Under the pieces are notes generated by a model, which was not told the DNA's origin, did not search any database, and saw only the letters and a list, made by a program, of their open reading frames with translations. The translations under genes were made by a program, and so were the position numbers. A stretch of DNA of 64,000 nucleotides from Lepidodermella squamata (lineage: Eukaryota; Animalia; Gastrotricha): positions 3,100,001-3,164,000 of the forward strand of contig JBLDXI010000032.1 of assembly GCA_047495785.1 (NCBI GenBank), given 5' to 3'. Below are positions 1 through 11,401 of the stretch, piece by piece; position 1 is the stretch's first letter, and the number at the start of each line of letters is the position of its first letter.

Positions 1-1089
1 GTATTGCATAGATTGAATAGATCGTGCAAGATGCGCCAACGAAGAGTTGCATGGTAATAAAATCAACAATGAGAACCTGCTGCGAAGTTATTGGCAGTAA
101 CGAACTTGTCAGCGTCAACATCAGGAAAAAAGTCATGAAAATTGTAGCGCAGTATACGGGCCGGTCAGGCGAGTTCGGCGGCAAAGCTGCGTGTCAAAAT
201 ACTTGTTTTGCGGATTTAAGAACTCAAGAAAACATACCAACGAAACTGATCTGAAGAGTCATGAGGCAAAAACAAGGGCCAATTAAACTGAACCAGTAGG
301 GGTAAGATCGCCTCTTCAAATTGAAAGTATATCGAACGTGGCTGAATTTTGATAGGCCAATGGTTCGCAATTCTATCAGGCCGTCAATGGATTGCAACTC
401 CCAAATAGCTGCCGGTGGCATAAAAGCAGGATATCTGAACAGCTTGTACAACGTGAAGTTGATTATTTGAGCGTTATCGAGAAGTTCAAGTTCTGTCATG
501 CAGCCATGCTGCGTATCAAATGGGAATTTTCGAAAGTCAAGGTCACCTAAATACAAAGGGTAAGATATACGGTGATGTTAGGTGATGTTGCCCCTTACAA
601 TAGATCTCTAGAGTCGTGAATGTCTGCCATGCGCTCTCACCAGTCGGGCCAAAACGAGCAAAGCCAATATTGGCCTCATCTCTGAATCAATCACATTCAT
701 TTTCAAATAATCTTTGGTTGAAGTTAGACTTGCGATCGTGTTAGAATGTACTGCCCGACTGTGGTTGTGTGCAACAAATCCGGTCGCCAGTAATTACCGG
801 CTGACACTGAAATTTTCTGGTCGCCCAGTGAGCTGACCCAGTTCTCGGCCACGCATCGGTTAATCCATGATATGCCAATGGAGGCAATAAACGAGAAAGT
901 TTGGTCAATTTCGGATAACTTCAAAAAGCGGATTGCTGAGAAGGTAATATTCGCTTGAATTGTTTCGTTCAGCATACGAGGTGGCCTCAAGCCATCGAGG
1001 CGACATTTCTGTATCAGCTCCTCTAAAGCGTCCAAATCATTACCCGATATCGTGGGAATTAGAATGAAGAGCAAAATGACTGCAGTCAT
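1..1089 (-). CDS. Cys-loop ligand-gated ion channel subunit, nAChR-like divergent (pLGIC-1), 3' end outside window
   Basis: Four exons (~1089-729, ~681-599, 546-238, 186-1). Signal peptide MTAVILLFILIPTISG, loop A WRPDL, Cys-loop C|DLDFRKFPFDTQHGC, M1 YWFSLIGPCF, M2 LPPNSPDRPVYCATIFMTF, M2-M3 LPITSQQV. Confidence 0.88.
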
Positions 1090-1356
1090 GATTAAAATTT
1101 ATCGAGCTGGATAAGCGAGACAGTCTAGTAAGTTGGGAAATGTTCCCTTCGTGTGATGCTGTGCACACACTCTGAGATTGTTTCAGCATACAGAGGGCAT
1201 AATTAATGAACGCAAAAACAAGCCTCTGCTTTTGCGGCACCGATATCCTGGAAAATTGTAGGTGCAAATATTCAATAATTCCATCCCTTTATCAGTTGAA
1301 AATCAAAACCCGATATTACATATTATTATTTTCCACGGTCCTAATCTCAATAGGTT

Positions 1357-1976
1357 TTACATTCGGGAATAAATAGCAGATCCGATGAGGAAGATAAGCG
1401 CGAAGCCGGAGGTGGAAGATGTTGATGCGGACCCGGATAAAGTCGAGCAAGATAGCGAAGCTGAGTTGCAAGTGTCTGAGCAGCAGACGCAGGTCGTAAT
1501 CGAGCCTTGGTCGTTAGCTTTGCACGACCACGACGTCGTGCCGGCAGTGCAAGTCGATGCCAGAACTGCTGAGCCCAAGCCATTCGTCATCGAGGAAGCT
1601 GAAGCTACTCCATAAGGAAGATAGCAGTATCCTTGGTCCCATTTTGTAGTAGTCGTTGTGGCAGCGGTCGTGGTTGAGGAGGACGTGCTGGTCGAAGTTG
1701 TCGGAGGTATACAGCTCGGACCCATGCCGGAGTAAATGGTTTGCGAAACGACCTGATTCCCGTTAGTCGCCTTGTAAGACAGAACGTTTTTCTAAAAATC
1801 CAAAGAAATGTTAACACGCAAAAATTAAGTCGGCTGGATAGACTTACGATGCATGAAGTGCAGCCAGTGTAAACAATCATGGGCCCGCCTTCATAACCGT
1901 AATTGCAATTAATGGCCAACCCCAGGGTGCAAAAAAGGCTAATGATTAGCGCGATCGGAATTATAGCTCCTGTCAT
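1357..1976 (-). CDS. Ly6/uPAR three-finger-like protein A, Thr-rich insert, GPI-type tail
   Basis: Two exons (intron ~1847-1792). Signal peptide MTGAIIPIALIISLFCTLGLA, then INC...GCTSC|...SC-[Thr/Ser tract]-...CVCCSDTCN and a hydrophobic tail GFALIFLIGSAIY. CCxxxCN is the LU-domain end signature. Confidence 0.75.
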
Positions 1977-2328
1977 TTTGATAATGATTCGCCTAGAAAA
2001 TAAGAAAAAAGTCATGGCTCATTTTTGCGGCCAAATTTGTCCAAAAAATTGGCAATGTTCGGTTAATGTTCAGGTATTGACCATTCTGATAAGAGCAATG
2101 AGCGAATCTGCGCCTCGCAACGTCTATTCATCGCTTGTTTTAGAGTGTTTTCACATCACTTGGCAACAAGTAGCAAATAGTGCCTGCCTATTCAGCTCGC
2201 GTCATACTCTGGCTTATAAAAAAGACATGATTTGGAATAAAAAGTGACTATTTATTCTAGTTATCATATAGCAGGGACATCATCACGGTCAATTTCCGAT
2301 ATCCAAGCAAGAGCCTATGAATCATTAT

Positions 2329-3068
2329 TTATAGAAGAAGAGCAGCAAAAACGATGAATAAGGTTTTGCCTAGGAATGAGAGTGAAGATGCCGAATTTTT
2401 GTTGCTGCCACCTCCAGTACCGCTGCCATTATCACACTTCTTTTGAGCATCTGTGCCAGTGGCAGCGATCGGTCCGCATTGAAAACTAACAGTGTTGCAG
2501 TTATCCGAGCAACAACTGCAGTATGAAGCCGTACCGCTGTCGTTAGCATCGCATTGCGATGTCATTGTCGTGTTAGTACAAGTCGTTGGATTCGAGACTG
2601 TTGTAGGAATCGTCATCGCGCTCGCTGCGCCTGGCCCAATGACGTAGAAGCTCGAGTAGCAATAGCCATTTTGGGCCATAGTAACCGGTGAAGTCGTCGA
2701 CTGTGTTGTTGTCGAAGACGTAGATGCTGTTGTAGTAGATGAAGTGGTGGAGTCCGATGTCGTAGATGGGGTGCTAGCTGTAGTGACAGGCGCAGGCAAG
2801 CAGTTGGATCCGGTCCCGGCGTAACTAATCAGAGTATTTTTAAAGCCATTGGTCGATGAATAGCGCTGGACAATTTTCTGGCAAAAAATGGGAGAGATTT
2901 CATAATTGTCCGAAAGAATGGAATATGAGTAAAACGAACTGTGCAGCTTATGCATCCTGTATAAGTAACCAAAGAGCCGTAGCCCTCGAACCCAACATTG
3001 CAGTTGATCGCCAGGGCAACATTGGTGGCAATAGCAAAAATAACGACTGAGAATCCAAGGTTCATCAT
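2329..3068 (-). CDS. Ly6/uPAR three-finger-like protein B, Thr-rich insert, GPI-type tail
   Basis: Exon 1 MMNLGFSVVIFAIATNVALAINC...GCISCT; exon 2 KIVQRY...CSCCSDNCN...KKC...SASSLSFLGKTLFIVFAALLL. Same intron position as its paralogs. Confidence 0.75.
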
Positions 3069-3779
3069 TGCACGTAAAAAAATGAGATTTTATTTTCTGA
3101 TGCTTGGTAGCTGCACGCACTGGCTTTTAAGCTCAAGTTTTGTTGTTGGAAACACGAGTAGGGAAGAGATTTGTGCATTAGCCGTCTGACATCGCTAAAA
3201 CATTCGTGCGCCTAGCAAACGTCGCTAGTCACCCAAGAAGAATCATCAGCCGCCTTGGTCGATCGCACTTGACAATGCCTAGATTTTTGGACCGCATGAG
3301 TGAGGAACCTTTTTGTAGCCATGGCTCCGGCTGCCACGAAAGAATAGATAATTGGATTCGACTTCACCCACACAAACATCATGACGAGGGGCGAGTTTGT
3401 TTTTTCTTATTATAGGGCTACGTTAAGTGTGTATTCTTGGCGAGTCGCGGAATAATCTGATCTCTATGCGGAAATGTGATCAGCAAAATTTAAGGAGGAA
3501 TTTTTATCTTGCTGTTATTGCCTTGTGCGTGATTTTGCATAAACGATTTTGCAAAAACAGGAAAAAAGAGTGACCTACAAAGACTGACCTCGCATGAAAT
3601 AGGCACGTAATTACGGCTGGTTGGCGCACTTTTTCACCAAGGTCATGACCTACATATCACCACAAGCATAATTTGATTTCTAATTTGACTATTTTTATTT
3701 CCGTCCGAGTCACTTTTCTATAAATTATAATCAATTAATGTTACTATCTTCCAGTCTTTTAAAATCGGAAAGAGCAGCT

Positions 3780-4359
3780 TCAGCATTTTTCAGGGAGAAA
3801 TCCCGATGCTGGTTTAATATTGCAGCTCAGTGAGGCAGCATTGCACATCTCAGTACAGCAGACGCAAACCGCCGCGGCGCCGTAGTCATTCCCGCCACAG
3901 TTTGAATGCAGCGTAGCCGCCGTGCATGACGTAGCCTTTGTGATGACACTTAGAATCATCGGTGGGGCAGGCACGATGTAGTAGTCGCTGAAACACGTGC
4001 CGTTCGTTGGGAAACTGCCAACAGCTACCGATGTCGTCGACTGTGTTGTCGTAGTCACCGCAACTGTTGTCATCGCCGTCGTATTGAGTTTGCAATCCGT
4101 GCCAGTTCCATAATACATGTGGCCGATTTTACCGAATCCGGTCGTTGAAGTGTATGTCATCGATGATTTCTAAATTCGAGTAATTTGAAAATCACGTTAA
4201 AATTTGTAAAACCCAACTCACCACACATGAGACGCATCCACTGTAGACCTTGTAGTCGGCTAGTTCATCTGATCCGTAGTAGCAAGAAATGGCATTGGTA
4301 CCCTGAGGGAAGCCGATGACAGAGATTAACAACGAAAGCAAAGCAGGGAACATTTTCAT
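3780..4359 (-). CDS. Ly6/uPAR three-finger-like protein C, secreted (no GPI tail)
   Basis: Exon 1 MKMFPALLSLLISVIGFPQGTNAISC...SGCVSCV|gtgagt; exon 2 ends CVCCTEMCNAASLSC...PEKC-stop. Confidence 0.72.
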
Positions 4360-4601
4360 GGCTTTTAAATTCTTGTGAAATTTCTGATTTTATACCTTTA
4401 AGCTCTCAACTTGAACGATTTTATCGCTCACCGTCACTAGGCGACTAAAATGTCTATAATAGCAACCATGGTGTCAACACAACAGATTTTATTGAGAAAT
4501 AGCAAAGCTAACCACAGAGATACAGAGATATAAAATGAGTATGGTACATGAGCTTCACTTTGAAAAAACTTCAATCAGCTCGCTTTTGTTGTTAATTTCG
4601 A

Positions 4602-5277
4602 TTAGGCTGAAGCAGCGAGAACAAGGCTTGAAATCGACAGCAGGAGCGTAGAGACAATTGCAGAGTCGTGAACGCGGCTCGCGTAGTTTTTACCCGAATT
4701 GCCAGACGGACATTGCTTGTTGGCGCCGGCTGAAGGTGGAGGGACGCAAGTCATCGCTGCAGAGTTGCAAAAGTCGGAGCAGCAGTAGCAGATGGTGATA
4801 GCAGCAGAATCGAGGCCATTGCAGTTGAACCACTCGGTGTAGTTGTTGCAAGTTGTCGGCATCTTGTACTCGCCAGGGGCAACATCATTAAGCAAAGTGT
4901 CATAGTAAGGCATGGAGCAGTAGCCGATAACAGGCGCCGTTGACGTAGTCGTCGACCCGGTTGTAGTGGTCACGGTTGTAGTCGATACGGTCGTTTGAGT
5001 TGGCAACGGCGCGATAACGCATCCTGTTCCTATTTCGTCGTAATACGTTTGACTTGATTTCGACCCCTTCGTGTCAGTGTATGTCGCGACGTATTTCTTG
5101 AAAAAAAATCGGCATTAAATTGAGTAATGGATTGATTCTAGAGAGACTTACCACGCACATGAGGCAACCTGTTGCATTGGTCATCGCACCATCAGTGCCA
5201 TCATAGCAGGTTATAGCTTCAGAGCGTCCGAAGGCGGAGATGAGTAGGGTGGCTACGAAAGCGGAAGATGCGATCAT
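4602..5277 (-). CDS. Ly6/uPAR three-finger-like protein D, Thr-rich insert, GPI-type tail
   Basis: Exon 1 MIASSAFVATLLISAFGRSEAITC...GCLMCV|gtaagt; exon 2 ...CYCCSDFCN...KQC...SAIVSTLLLSISSLVLAASA. Confidence 0.75.
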
Positions 5278-5671
5278 AATGTTTGTTGGTGTTGTGTATA
5301 AAAATCGTGTTTTTCTCGAAGATTAATTTGTGTGAGATCAACTTCTGCACCGGGCCTGCTTTATACCGCAGCCGTCGTTGTGATTTGTCATCCGGCCACA
5401 GTAACGCTATCGATTTGTACTGCGTGTTACCTGGCGAGTCTGTGAGGCGTCGCCAGGATGAGCATCGTTTTCGCACCTTAGCGATGCCATGAGGGCTGCA
5501 CCTGTCAACAGTCAGCTGTAGCAACACAACTTGGCAACAACACCAAAGGAGGAGCAAGACAAATCAGGCATGAAAAAAGTATAACACGACACTCTTCTAA
5601 CCATTATCTGGTGGTAATTTGATAAAAATGTGTCCAATTTGTATGAAAGGGTCAGCCAATTCAATTTATTC

Positions 5672-6310
5672 TCATTGCAAGACCAATAATATAAGGCAAA
5701 GAGTTTTCGAGAAGGTCCAGATGCCATTTCCCGCATTTCCAATTTCTACACCGACGTCTGAGCATTTGTTTGAAGCTGGGGCAGGATTCTGGGCAGGTGA
5801 GCAAGCCATCGACTCTAAGTTGCATAGGTCAGTGCAGCAGTAACAGAACGTAACACTTCCCGAGTCTGTTCCGTTGCAACTGATCGAATCAGTGTAGTTC
5901 GAGCACGTTGGAACTTGCGTGAAGAAGACAGGCGGCGAAAAGGTGTGCATTCTGAAGCAGTAGCCAGGGATTGGCTGGCTAGTGGTTGGAAATGCTGTTG
6001 AAGCCGGAGTTGCAGTTAACTCACTCACGTCTGGAACTGCAGATTTATCGATATTGCAAGGCCCGATCCCCAAATACCCCGCTAGATACTGTTTCGCCTC
6101 ACCTTCTGAATTCACGTAAAACGCCTTGGTTTTCTATAAAATAACCATTAAATTACGATAAATAAATAATATTGAATTTCTCACGAGACACATGGAGCAA
6201 CCTGTTGCTTGCAGTAACGACCCATCAACTCCTATGTTGCAACGAACACTTGAGCAAACTTCGACAAAAATGCATAAGAAAGAGGCGATGATAGCGCAAA
6301 ACTTGGCCAT
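5672..6310 (-). CDS. Ly6/uPAR three-finger-like protein E, GPI-type tail
   Basis: Exon 1 MAKFCAIIASFLCIFVEVCSSVRC...GCSMCL|gtgaga; exon 2 ...CYCCTDLCN...NKC...GIWTFSKTLCLILLVLQ. Confidence 0.75.
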
Positions 6311-6739
6311 TTTATGCCGTGATTTTTGCAAAATGTTGTTCACGCGTTTTCGGTTTTGTTGATAGACAGAAGGTCAGCTGTATTTCGATACCTTTTCTTA
6401 TTGACCATGGCCAGTTAATATAATGGACAGGTGGCTAGCTCGGTGCACGAGCCGTAATCCTTGATGGAAAAATGCGCAAATAATTGGCTGATAGATGAAT
6501 GCTGAAACGCTGACTTCAAGCATGTTCGAAATTCGAGATTAAGGATCGATTTGTGAGTTATTCGCTCTGCTCTGTTATTTGGTTATGATTATTCGAAAAA
6601 TTTCCAAATATTTACACAAAATCAAAGGTTTATTGACACACAAAACAAATACGGAAAATTACTATTACAGCAGAAAGAAATATTTAATTTAAAGAGCTTG
6701 AGTATCGCTACTTGTTTGAAAGAAGATGTTTTTCATGAT

Positions 6740-7384
6740 TTAGCATTGCTGGCTAGCTGCTGTGGCGCTGCACGAGAAGCTATCATTGTTGCAGCTGTCC
6801 GTGCAGCAGATGCAGAGAGCAACCGCGCCAGAGTCGCTGCCAGCGCAGTTTCGGAAAACTTTCGTCGCCTGGCACGATGCGTAGTCGGCCATGGAGCTCG
6901 TGACAGTATCAACGCCGAGGGTCGAGAAGTAGCCAGCGCTGCAAGGCGTCGGTTTGGCCACGGTCGTGGTCGTGGTCGTAGCGGCTGTCGTGGTTGAAGT
7001 CGTGGACGCAGGCGTCGTTGTGGTTGTAGTCGACCCGGTTGTCGTCGTCGTTGTTGTACCTGTTGTAGTTGTCGTAGATGTCGTAGACGTCGACGTTGTT
7101 GTCGTTGAAACTGTTGTAGTAGTCGGCGCTACGGCGCAAGTTTTGCCAATGGCAAAATAATTCACCTTAGATGTCGAGACACCAGCGGGCGATGTGTAGC
7201 TTTGCACTTGTTTCTGAAGGAGAAAAATATTAATAAAAAAATCCTCCTTAATTTTATTTCAACTCACAGCGCAAGATGTGCAATTCGTGTATAGGACTTG
7301 CGAGCCATCTGGGCCGGAATAGCAGGTGAGCGCTTGAGCAGCCGAAACTGCGACGACGAAAAAAACTGCAATGCGAGCAATCAT
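6740..7384 (-). CDS. Ly6/uPAR three-finger-like protein F, long Thr tract, secreted
   Basis: Exon 1 MIARIAVFFVVAVSAAQALTC...NCTSCA|gtgagt; exon 2 has a ~55-aa Thr tract and ends CICCTDSCNNDSFSC...SQQC-stop. Confidence 0.75.
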
Positions 7385-8108
7385 GTTTTTCAGTAGTTGA
7401 TCGAAATGTTCAGATTTTTTGTGTGATATCAAAAGAATGAACTGAGGATTTTATAAGCCTCGCGCACCGAATAAAGCTGGCTGCGTTGTCATTACTTATT
7501 CACCGTTTATAGAAACTCGCTCCTGGCTGCGGCCACCAAGGCTGCACAGCACCACAACAAAAAATGAGCTGTCATTTAATTTGTTCTCGCAAAATTTGGT
7601 GGCATCTTCATCGATTGCTTTCGAGCTTATTTTTTTCATGAAAATATTACGGATTTAATCGACTAATAACGAGCGGGAAGAACAGCGAAAAAGTGGAAAG
7701 AAAAAAAATTCAAGATGAGAGAAAATCAGAAAACGTACCATACTTTAACGAGGCTGCGGAAAAATACGTTTTGTTTGCTTTGGAGCTAGCTTCTTATTTT
7801 TTTCATGCTATCATAAAACACTTCAAGACAAAAGGCTCAGTCGCCATTGAGGTGTGAAACAATGTTTGCTTAGCTACACCGTCGGCAAACTCTAGCCCGA
7901 TGGAGTACAATTGGGGTCCAATTATATTGATTGTCATTATAATGATGACGCCTATCCTGTTTTTTCAACATCGAGAGCCATTTTTAAGGTAAATAATGGT
8001 TAGGAAAAATTCATCAGTCAGCATTTTGCGAAACGTTTGTTTAGCTTAAAGCATTTTCGTCTGCTATTTTCAGGACCCATTTATTTGAAATTCCACGCAT
8101 TGTCCGCG

Positions 8109-9871
8109 ATGACCTCAAAGATGGAAATTTTACTAATTCTCAGCCTGCTAATCGGATCTGTAACGCCTCGAAGGTTCACGCCTATCGAAGCCCAGCTGCG
8201 AGATGTTTTATTCGAAGAGTGTTGGCTCGAGGCCAACGCCCGACCTGTTGCCAATTACAGCGACATATTGTTCGTAAAAATGACAGTTACCCCGCTCAGG
8301 TTTCTCGGTATCGACGAAGTCAGCGAAACGTTGGTCGAAATGACTATTTTTTGAAAGCAATTATCGTTTTTTTTTTTACTTTTTTCAAGAATGTCTCTCA
8401 TAGCTCGGGTCAGTCTCTACTGGCTCCATCCTTGCATCCGGCAAGTTTGGTCCGAGCAAACAAACTGGAAGGAAGTTGAACAAATTATCGAGCCGGCTAA
8501 GCATTTATGGCTGGTACCAATTATTCACATCTCAAGCACAAATGACGTCGTTTTATCTGAGAGGTAAAAAAATGTCTATGCATCAACAATTTTTTTAATT
8601 TCTGAATTCTGAATTTTAATTTGCTGAAAAAATGGACTTTAAAGATTGCGGGTGAAAATTGCTGATTTCGAAAAAATGCCCGCTTACAAATTTAACTTTT
8701 TATTGCATCAATTAATAATTCGTCGCGCAAAAAATTCTGAAGTTATTTTCTTTTGCGCAGTCGAGATTTTTTGGGGTAATCTGAAGTTAGGAATATCGCT
8801 AGGTATTCAAACATGTTAGTGAAATCAACCTAGTGCTTCCACGTCTGTCTTCATCCAAAAGCCTTTTTGGCGACACTTTAGGGTCTCCCTACTTTTGAGG
8901 TGGATGGGTGCCTCCTAGAGCCTGCTAGAGTTGCCTAGGGTGTCTAGGGTGTAGGGTGTAGGGTGTCTAGGTTCTAGGTGTCTAGGGTGCCTCCTAGAGG
9001 TCAGAATTTTGACAATTCAAATTCACGCCAAATCCCGCTTTTCACTTGTTAACAGTATTATTCATGTAGGTATCATTGATTTCATATCATGCACTTGATT
9101 ATTAGTTTAGCCGATGATTCAATTATCACCATGTCCCCAACCGGCCGAATAAAATGGAGCCTGACGCAGCGTTTCGATGCGCACTGCTCGCTACGACTGA
9201 GAAAAATGCCTTTCGACCGTCAAGAATGCGAGTTGAGGTTCGAACTCCTCACCGATCGAAAATTCATCGATGTTAACGACACAGCTATAACTGTCAACGA
9301 ATCGGATTTCGTATCAGAAGGCAGCATCTGGAAGTACATAGACGACTGGTCGACTGTTAACCACAAAACTTACATAACCTCTCTAGATAAATCCTACGCC
9401 CAGCCGACTTATATCATTTTATACGAGCGAAAAGTTGGCTTTTATGTCACAGGGGTCTTGATACCTTGCTTTTCTTTGATGTTACTACAAATAGCATTTC
9501 TCGCCCTTCCGCCTGAAGATTCGAATAGACCTTACTACAGCGTTACTTTGCTGATGTCTTTTGTAATTCTTTTGACTTTGATTCAAAGTTCAATTCCGAA
9601 AACGTCCGAGACAATTCTTCTTGTTGTATTTGTATCCGTTCAACTTTGCATCAGTGTTTTCAGCACTGCCTATGCGCTGATTTCTTGCATGTTAGCTAGG
9701 AGCGGCTTAAAATCCGTCTCGAGAACAGTTTCTCTGCAATTAAGCGCCCCACGAAACTACGGCTTGCAGATGAGTGCTATACGGATAAGTGATTTTGTCG
9801 TTTTTCTTTGCCTGTGCATGTTTGCCCTCACGGCAACTTTCGTTATCTTCATCGAAATGGTTTATTCATGA
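8109..9871 (+). CDS. Cys-loop ligand-gated ion channel subunit (pLGIC-2)
   Basis: Three exons (introns ~8330-8389 and 8564-9105). Signal peptide, RPVANYS, Cys-loop CSLRLRKMPFDRQEC (Cx13C), four TM segments, LPPEDSNRPYYSVTLLMSF, IPKTSE. Confidence 0.9.
8906..8999 (+). repeat. G-rich simple repeat (TAGGGTG-like units) bounded by a 15-bp direct repeat, in intron 2 of pLGIC-2
   Basis: gggtgcctcctagag occurs at 8906-8920 and 8985-8999; ctagggtg/tagggtg units lie between them. Confidence 0.7.
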
Positions 9872-9971
9872 AGCGATCGGTAGATTTATCGGAAAAATCC
9901 GTTTAATTATAATCAAATAAAACAGCCCCTCATCCCCAGGCTTTCGTCTTACATTCTTAATTGAGAATAAA

Positions 9972-11243
9972 ATGAAGATTGTTATAGCCCTTTGTCTGCT
10001 TCTACCATTTATCAGCGCTCAAAAAGAAGATGAATACGAGAAATTGGTACAAAAATGTGGCCTAAATTCGCGATTGCCATTAAGCGACTCGGCAAATGGC
10101 ACTCTGAACATTCGATTCGTATTCTGGGCGATAAGATTCCTCGACATTTCCGAGGTCGATGAAACTCTGTCGATGGTCGCGAGGCTCGTTATAACATGGA
10201 ATTACACGTGTATAGCTAAAAATTGGAGCCGAGCTTTCGGAAAGCGGCAAGTTATCGTACCAGTCGATGAAATATGGCGACCGCCTGTCATGATGTCTTC
10301 ATCTGTTAAAGACCTGATCATCAGTCAAGCGTAAAATTTGTCTCTTCGGAACTTGAATGTCCGACTAAATTGAGCCATTTCTAGAGACGACAGCTTCATA
10401 GCATTATGGCCTAATGGTACGATGAAATGGGTTCTATACCTTCACGTGCATTCACATTGTATTAGAATTTTGATAATTTATCAATTTAATTTAATAAATT
10501 TATTTAGGTGATTTGGATTTTCGATATTTCCCATTCGATAAGCAGGAAGGCTGTACGGTTGGTTTTGAGTATCTGCTAGACAAGGATATTTTGTCTACAA
10601 TTGAAGTCAATGCCCTGCTTTACTCGGAAGACTTCATGTCGCCATCGAATGTTTGGGAATATTGCGGCATGAGAGGCTACGAAGCTCAAAAGCTGAACCT
10701 TGGAACTTCGGCCTTATTCAGCCAGCCTTCAGTTGATTTTTGCTTCCGTCGCAAGCCAACACCTTACGTTCTAAGCGTCCTATTGCCATCGTTTTGTCTA
10801 ATGAGTTTGCAACTGGCTTTCGTTGGTGAGTCGCTAGATTTTAAAATTGAAAATGAATTAATGACCTAATCATTTTAGCTATGCCGCCGAAAGATAGTAA
10901 TAGATCAGTTTATTGCGCGACAATTTTCATGGCATTCATTTTATTGCTGAATCTAATTCAGTCCCAAATGCCGAAAACATCGAAGCCAGTTCTCATCATA
11001 ATCTTCATTTCACTTCAAATGGTTCTAGGGATAATTTGCACTGTTTACTCGTTGATTGTCAATTCGATAGCTAGAAGCAAACGCGGCTCCAGGATGCTGT
11101 TTATTTTCGGCGAAAAACGCCCTATTTCTGTCGTTAGATTTGCTGATTTGGTGACCTTTCTTATCCTATTTTCCTTGGGCATAACTTCGGCATTTTTATT
11201 AATCATTTTTCTACTGTCTCAGCGATCCAACACTTCAGAATAA
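9972..11243 (+). CDS. Cys-loop ligand-gated ion channel subunit (pLGIC-3)
   Basis: Four exons. WRPP, Cys-loop C|DLDFRYFPFDKQEGC, M1 YVLSVLLPSF, M2 MPPKDSNRSVYCATIFMAF, MPKTSKPV, M4. Confidence 0.9.
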
Positions 11244-11401
11244 AGCTGGTGAATTTCAATATTTTTCGAATAATATCGCGACAGTCTCAATTTCCTGCCC
11301 GATGGTAGCCGGGTAGGGTTAAGTAATCAAAGATGCACTTTATTTTCGGATATCCGAATAAAAGCTACCAGCAAAAAGCGATAGGGGATCACTATGAAAA
11401 A

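Noticed and set aside
6698-7160. Plus-strand poly-Val and Arg/Gly ORFs and the Asp/Asn-rich alternative frame
   Set aside because: These are antisense or shifted readings of the Thr-codon tract of Ly6-like gene F.
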